Source: a virus (lineage: Duplodnaviria; Caudoviricetes). From it: a stretch of 61,203 bases of DNA. The stretch lies in IMG/VR virus record IMGVR_UViG_3300042564_004703, positions 1-61,203 of that record; one strand, given 5' to 3'. Both the position numbers and the translations under genes were made by a program. Positions 57,934 to 61,203 of this stretch are shown here, one piece after another. Under the pieces are notes generated by a model. The model saw only the letters and a list, made by a program, of their open reading frames with translations, did not search any database and was not told the DNA's origin. How positions within the stretch are numbered: position 1 is the stretch's first letter; each line of letters starts with the position of its first letter.

Positions 57934-59202
57934 ATGAGTAATAATAATTGCGGATGCAATAATACAACAACAACACATGCTTGTAATTCTTGCCAATCAA
58001 CTCCTTGTACACCACAACCAATTTGTGATTGTCCAGGTGGTTATATGTCAAGCGATTGTGTAAATAATGTCAAGGCACAATTTGAATGCCTAAATATTGA
58101 AAGTAATCAAACACTTACAGAAACTTTTGAACAAATGGATTCAGCTATTTGTGATAAATTTGCTGAAGTTGATAGTCACTTTGACCTAGTAAACGTTGGA
58201 ACAGGTGAAGATGTGTATAAAGGAATTAACCTTTTGGGGCAAAAAGAAATAAAAACAATAAAGTCAGCAGGAGGGACAGTAACAATAACAACTTCTGTTG
58301 ATGGCAACGAAATAAATTTAGAAGCAGGGGACCCAACAGCAATTTCTATTACATCAGATGATGATAGCGTAACAATTACAGAAGGAGACGGTGTTATTGA
58401 TTTATCAGTTGACACAAGTAAAAGTTTTTTAGAGTTAACAGACACACCTAATGATTATAACTCAGACACTTTAAAATTAGTAAGAGTAAATTCAGCAGAG
58501 ACAGGATTAGAGTTTGTAGTGGATAATTCAGTGAAACAGTTAACTACAACCAATCCTGGAGGAACTCCAACAACATATTCCCCTACAGCAGGGGTAATAA
58601 ATTTACCTAACGCATCCCTTACGGAAGCAGGAATAATTACAAATACAACAACGGCTGATATTCAAAAATTTAAAGGTAGAAAAAGATTTGTAGGAGCTAA
58701 TAAAGGAATTGACCAAAATTCTGTATCTATTTTTGATGTACGTTCTGCGGACGAAACTGAATCTTTCTTAGCTGTTAGAGAAAGTGGTTGGATTTATATA
58801 ACAGGTAATATGTTTACTAATAAAATACTAGATTTCAAAGTTGACGAACCAATACCAGGGGACCCTCCAAATGGTAGCAGTTACACAGGAAGAATTCGTA
58901 GAAGCGGTGATAGACTAGTAATTGGAGAACAGACAAATGGTTCTAAAAGCATTACCTTAGACTTAAATACAGGAAACACAACAATCGGAGGTTCTGGAAC
59001 AGGCACTTCTACAACAACAGAAATATTTGAAGTTTTTGCAACAGACAAAGGCTCAATTCCATTTCCTAGAATGACTTATATAGAAAGAACAGGATTCACT
59101 CCAAGTAAAACAGGAACTCACGTATACCAAACAAACACAGCCAGTGGTTTTGCAGAAGGAGTTTATGTTTGGAAAACAAGTGGGTGGGTTTTTGCTTATT
59201 AA
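57934..59202 (+). CDS. Tail fibre-like protein with Cys-rich N-terminus
   Basis: SSDCV motif, FLELTDTP, beta-rich C-terminus. Confidence 0.65.
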   Translation: MSNNNCGCNNTTTTHACNSCQSTPCTPQPICDCPGGYMSSDCVNNVKAQFECLNIESNQTLTETFEQMDSAICDKFAEVDSHFDLVNVGTGEDVYKGINLLGQKEIKTIKSAGGTVTITTSVDGNEINLEAGDPTAISITSDDDSVTITEGDGVIDLSVDTSKSFLELTDTPNDYNSDTLKLVRVNSAETGLEFVVDNSVKQLTTTNPGGTPTTYSPTAGVINLPNASLTEAGIITNTTTADIQKFKGRKRFVGANKGIDQNSVSIFDVRSADETESFLAVRESGWIYITGNMFTNKILDFKVDEPIPGDPPNGSSYTGRIRRSGDRLVIGEQTNGSKSITLDLNTGNTTIGGSGTGTSTTTEIFEVFATDKGSIPFPRMTYIERTGFTPSKTGTHVYQTNTASGFAEGVYVWKTSGWVFAY

Positions 59203-59246
59203 CAATAAATCAGGAGGGTGGTTTTTCCTGAATATTTTTCTTGGTA

Positions 59247-59277
59247 GGGTGGTGGAGAAATCTATCACCCTTTTTTA
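59247..59277 (+). terminator. Intrinsic terminator
   Basis: AGGGTGGTGGA-GAAA-TCTATCACCCT-TTTTTT. Confidence 0.8.
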
Positions 59278-59289
59278 ATTAAACCAAAA

Positions 59290-59331
59290 TTATAAGGATT
59301 TTGTATAAAATGTAATTAATTAGTAATTTTG
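59290..59331 (+). promoter_or_regulatory. Late promoter
   Basis: TTATAAGGATTTTG...TAATTTTG, 34-bp spacing. Confidence 0.7.
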
Positions 59332-59335
59332 CAGA

Positions 59336-60001
59336 ATGAATAATAGTAGCCTTGTTAGCCGAGTACAATCTTTATTGAAAGGGACTTCCAAAGATGGGAG
59401 AATCTCAAGAAGACTTATATTAAAAACTGCCGAATCAAAAGCAAAGTTTCTAATAGCTCAAAAACTTAATGACCGTTCTTTATATAGAGAACAAAATTTA
59501 TATCAAACTATATCTTGTATTGAACTTATAGACCAAGATATTATAAGATGCCCTATAATAGAATTTAAAAGTTGTAGAAGTTTAAAAAGAAGTAAGTTAA
59601 AATTGCCTGAACTAATACACAGCAAGTATGGAAACTCTTTAAAAGAAGTTACATCAATAGATGGACAATACTCTTTTGAACCTATAACACCTTCTCAATA
59701 TAGATTAAACAAAAAGAGAACTTTAAAAACAAAAACAGATTATTTCTATGTTCAAGATGGGTATTTATATTTACCTGATAGTGAAGTAGAAATGGTAAAT
59801 ATTATTATACTAACAACAGATTTATATGGGTTGGAACAGTGTTCTTCTTGCAGTGAGAATAAATGTAAGAGTGCATGGGATTTTGAATTTATATGTCCTG
59901 ATAAACTATTAGAAGTTGTAATACAAGAAACAATAAAAGAGTTGTCTTTAAATAAACAAATAAGAGAAGATGTAAACCCAAATCTAAATGAAGCCACGTA
60001 G
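59336..60001 (+). CDS. Tail ring protein (crAss-like)
   Basis: RSKLKLP, DGYLY, EFICP pattern. Confidence 0.6.
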   Translation: MNNSSLVSRVQSLLKGTSKDGRISRRLILKTAESKAKFLIAQKLNDRSLYREQNLYQTISCIELIDQDIIRCPIIEFKSCRSLKRSKLKLPELIHSKYGNSLKEVTSIDGQYSFEPITPSQYRLNKKRTLKTKTDYFYVQDGYLYLPDSEVEMVNIIILTTDLYGLEQCSSCSENKCKSAWDFEFICPDKLLEVVIQETIKELSLNKQIREDVNPNLNEAT

Positions 60002-60548
60002 TAAATACACAAGACCAAAAGAAGAGAACTACATAACTCCCAAATCTTTAAAGAAACTTCGCAAAATAAGAAAAAAAATAGAGCTTAGATTGAGTGAAGA
60101 ATTTGTAAACATAGAAGACACTTTTTCATATAGAATGTATGATGCTTATAAAAGGAAGTCTAAAAATCCAATGCTATTGACAGAGTATAGAAAACTTATT
60201 AGAAAGTTCTTTGTAGCCGTTAGAAAACATTTATTAAATAATGAAGCAGGAGTATTTTTAAAAGATTTTGGATATTTTTGTATTATAAGAAACCCAAAAC
60301 CACAGAGAAGAAATTTTAAGTTCTCTATGAAGCATAAGTTTGAACCGACTTTTATTCCTATAAGAAAAGATAACTTAATGCAAACTTGGACTTTAGATAA
60401 TACATTTTTACATTTTATACATTTTGTTTTGAGAATGAAAATGATGAAAGGTAAGAAGTATAAGATAGCATATACTATGTTAAATAACTTATATGGAACT
60501 TCGCAAGTAAACGTTTATAAAAAAGAAGTAGATGATAACAATAAGTAA
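59988..60548 (+). CDS. Basic HU/IHF-like protein
   Basis: GVFLKDFGYFCI motif; very basic. Confidence 0.5.
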   Translation: MKPRSKYTRPKEENYITPKSLKKLRKIRKKIELRLSEEFVNIEDTFSYRMYDAYKRKSKNPMLLTEYRKLIRKFFVAVRKHLLNNEAGVFLKDFGYFCIIRNPKPQRRNFKFSMKHKFEPTFIPIRKDNLMQTWTLDNTFLHFIHFVLRMKMMKGKKYKIAYTMLNNLYGTSQVNVYKKEVDDNNK

Positions 60549-61203
60549 TATAATTACCGACATAAAATCTGAATTAAAATCTTATTCTGAGGCAGGATTA
60601 ATAGATGAAATAACATTAAGACTTCACTTAATAAACGAGTTAAAACGTTTTGGTGGAAATATAATGGATGTCTATCCTGTCATTTTAGAGGTCAAAAATA
60701 GTAGAACAAAACTTCCTGAAAATTTCTTTTCTTTATACAGGGCAGTAAGAATTTATCCAAAAGGATATAGCTGTGAAGAAGATTGTACTTTAGATGAAAT
60801 AAACTTTGGACAGACTTTTTTTAGGGTAAGAAAAGAAGCCTCTACTACTTGGGACAATTTCTCAGGAAAATTTACAGAAGGAGATTACACAGAAGTGACA
60901 GAAAAGGTTTACATACAAAATAAAAATGTAAATATTCACTATGGAAATCAAACACTTTTACAATTAGTACAAGGTTTTGATAAATCTAAACTAGACCCTA
61001 AATGTGAAAATTTAAATATTCGACAAAGCCCTTATAAAATAAGTATAATAAATGAAACACTACAAACTAATTTTAGTAAAGGATTTATTTGTTTGTGGTA
61101 TCAGGGACTAAGAGTAGAAGAAGAAACAGATGACGTAATACTCCCTGAAGACCCAAATGCAAGACTATATGAATTTCTAATGTACACAGGTAAAGCAAAA
61201 GTA
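60532..61203 (+). CDS. Tail ring/tubular protein, truncated at window end
   Basis: Open frame from MITISNII to the end of the window; KLPENF motif. Confidence 0.6.
   Translation, partial: MITISNIITDIKSELKSYSEAGLIDEITLRLHLINELKRFGGNIMDVYPVILEVKNSRTKLPENFFSLYRAVRIYPKGYSCEEDCTLDEINFGQTFFRVRKEASTTWDNFSGKFTEGDYTEVTEKVYIQNKNVNIHYGNQTLLQLVQGFDKSKLDPKCENLNIRQSPYKISIINETLQTNFSKGFICLWYQGLRVEEETDDVILPEDPNARLYEFLMYTGKAKV

Noticed and set aside
50936-59202. Diversity-generating retroelement acting on fibre genes
   Set aside because: No reverse transcriptase and no TR/VR pair with adenine-specific differences seen; the LRR repeats are tandem
1-61203. Integrase/recombinase for the cassettes; RNA and DNA polymerase genes
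   Set aside because: No ORF with tyrosine- or serine-recombinase or polymerase motifs was recognised; they may lie outside the window or in the host
29378-61203. Stop-codon reassignment as in some crAss-like phages
   Set aside because: Long genes are intact in the standard code, coding density is high and TAG is used as a real stop (e.g. portal)

Overview
This AT-rich window is a large part of a lytic, crAss-like (Crassvirales-related) podovirus genome. Its Bacteroidota-type TAnnTTTG promoters point to a Flavobacteriaceae-like host. Layout: (i) 1-6.2 kb, small leftward early genes; (ii) 6.2-6.9 kb, a non-coding junction; (iii) 7-29.3 kb, leftward middle genes (spanin-like pair, GroES, SSB, DUF5664, minimal HisRS, PhoH, RecA, HNH nucleases, Mom-like GNAT, BT4734/VirE-N primase-like protein); (iv) from 29.4 kb, rightward late genes (GroEL, TerL, portal, scaffold, MCP, homing endonuclease, ring/tail proteins, holins, GH19 endolysin, fibres). 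Main finding: the phage carries two arrays of integron-like gene cassettes (about 10.2-14.0 kb and 24.6-26.9 kb, opposite orientations) plus a solo site. Cassettes are separated by 83-137 bp attC-like hairpins (...AAC/GTT...). The right core of each site is complementary to the left core of the NEXT site, as expected for cassettes inserted by site-specific recombination. No integrase is present in the window. Five cassettes hold two convergent genes with overlapping 3' ends, and one carries a Mom-like DNA-modification gene. Also notable: a perfect parS palindrome in the early region, an expanded tRNA-like RNA upstream of a catalytic-core-only HisRS, a late-promoter element at a fixed 34-bp spacing, and a dispersed GC-core/A-tract motif. 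Protein calls come from motif recognition only; no database searches were run.
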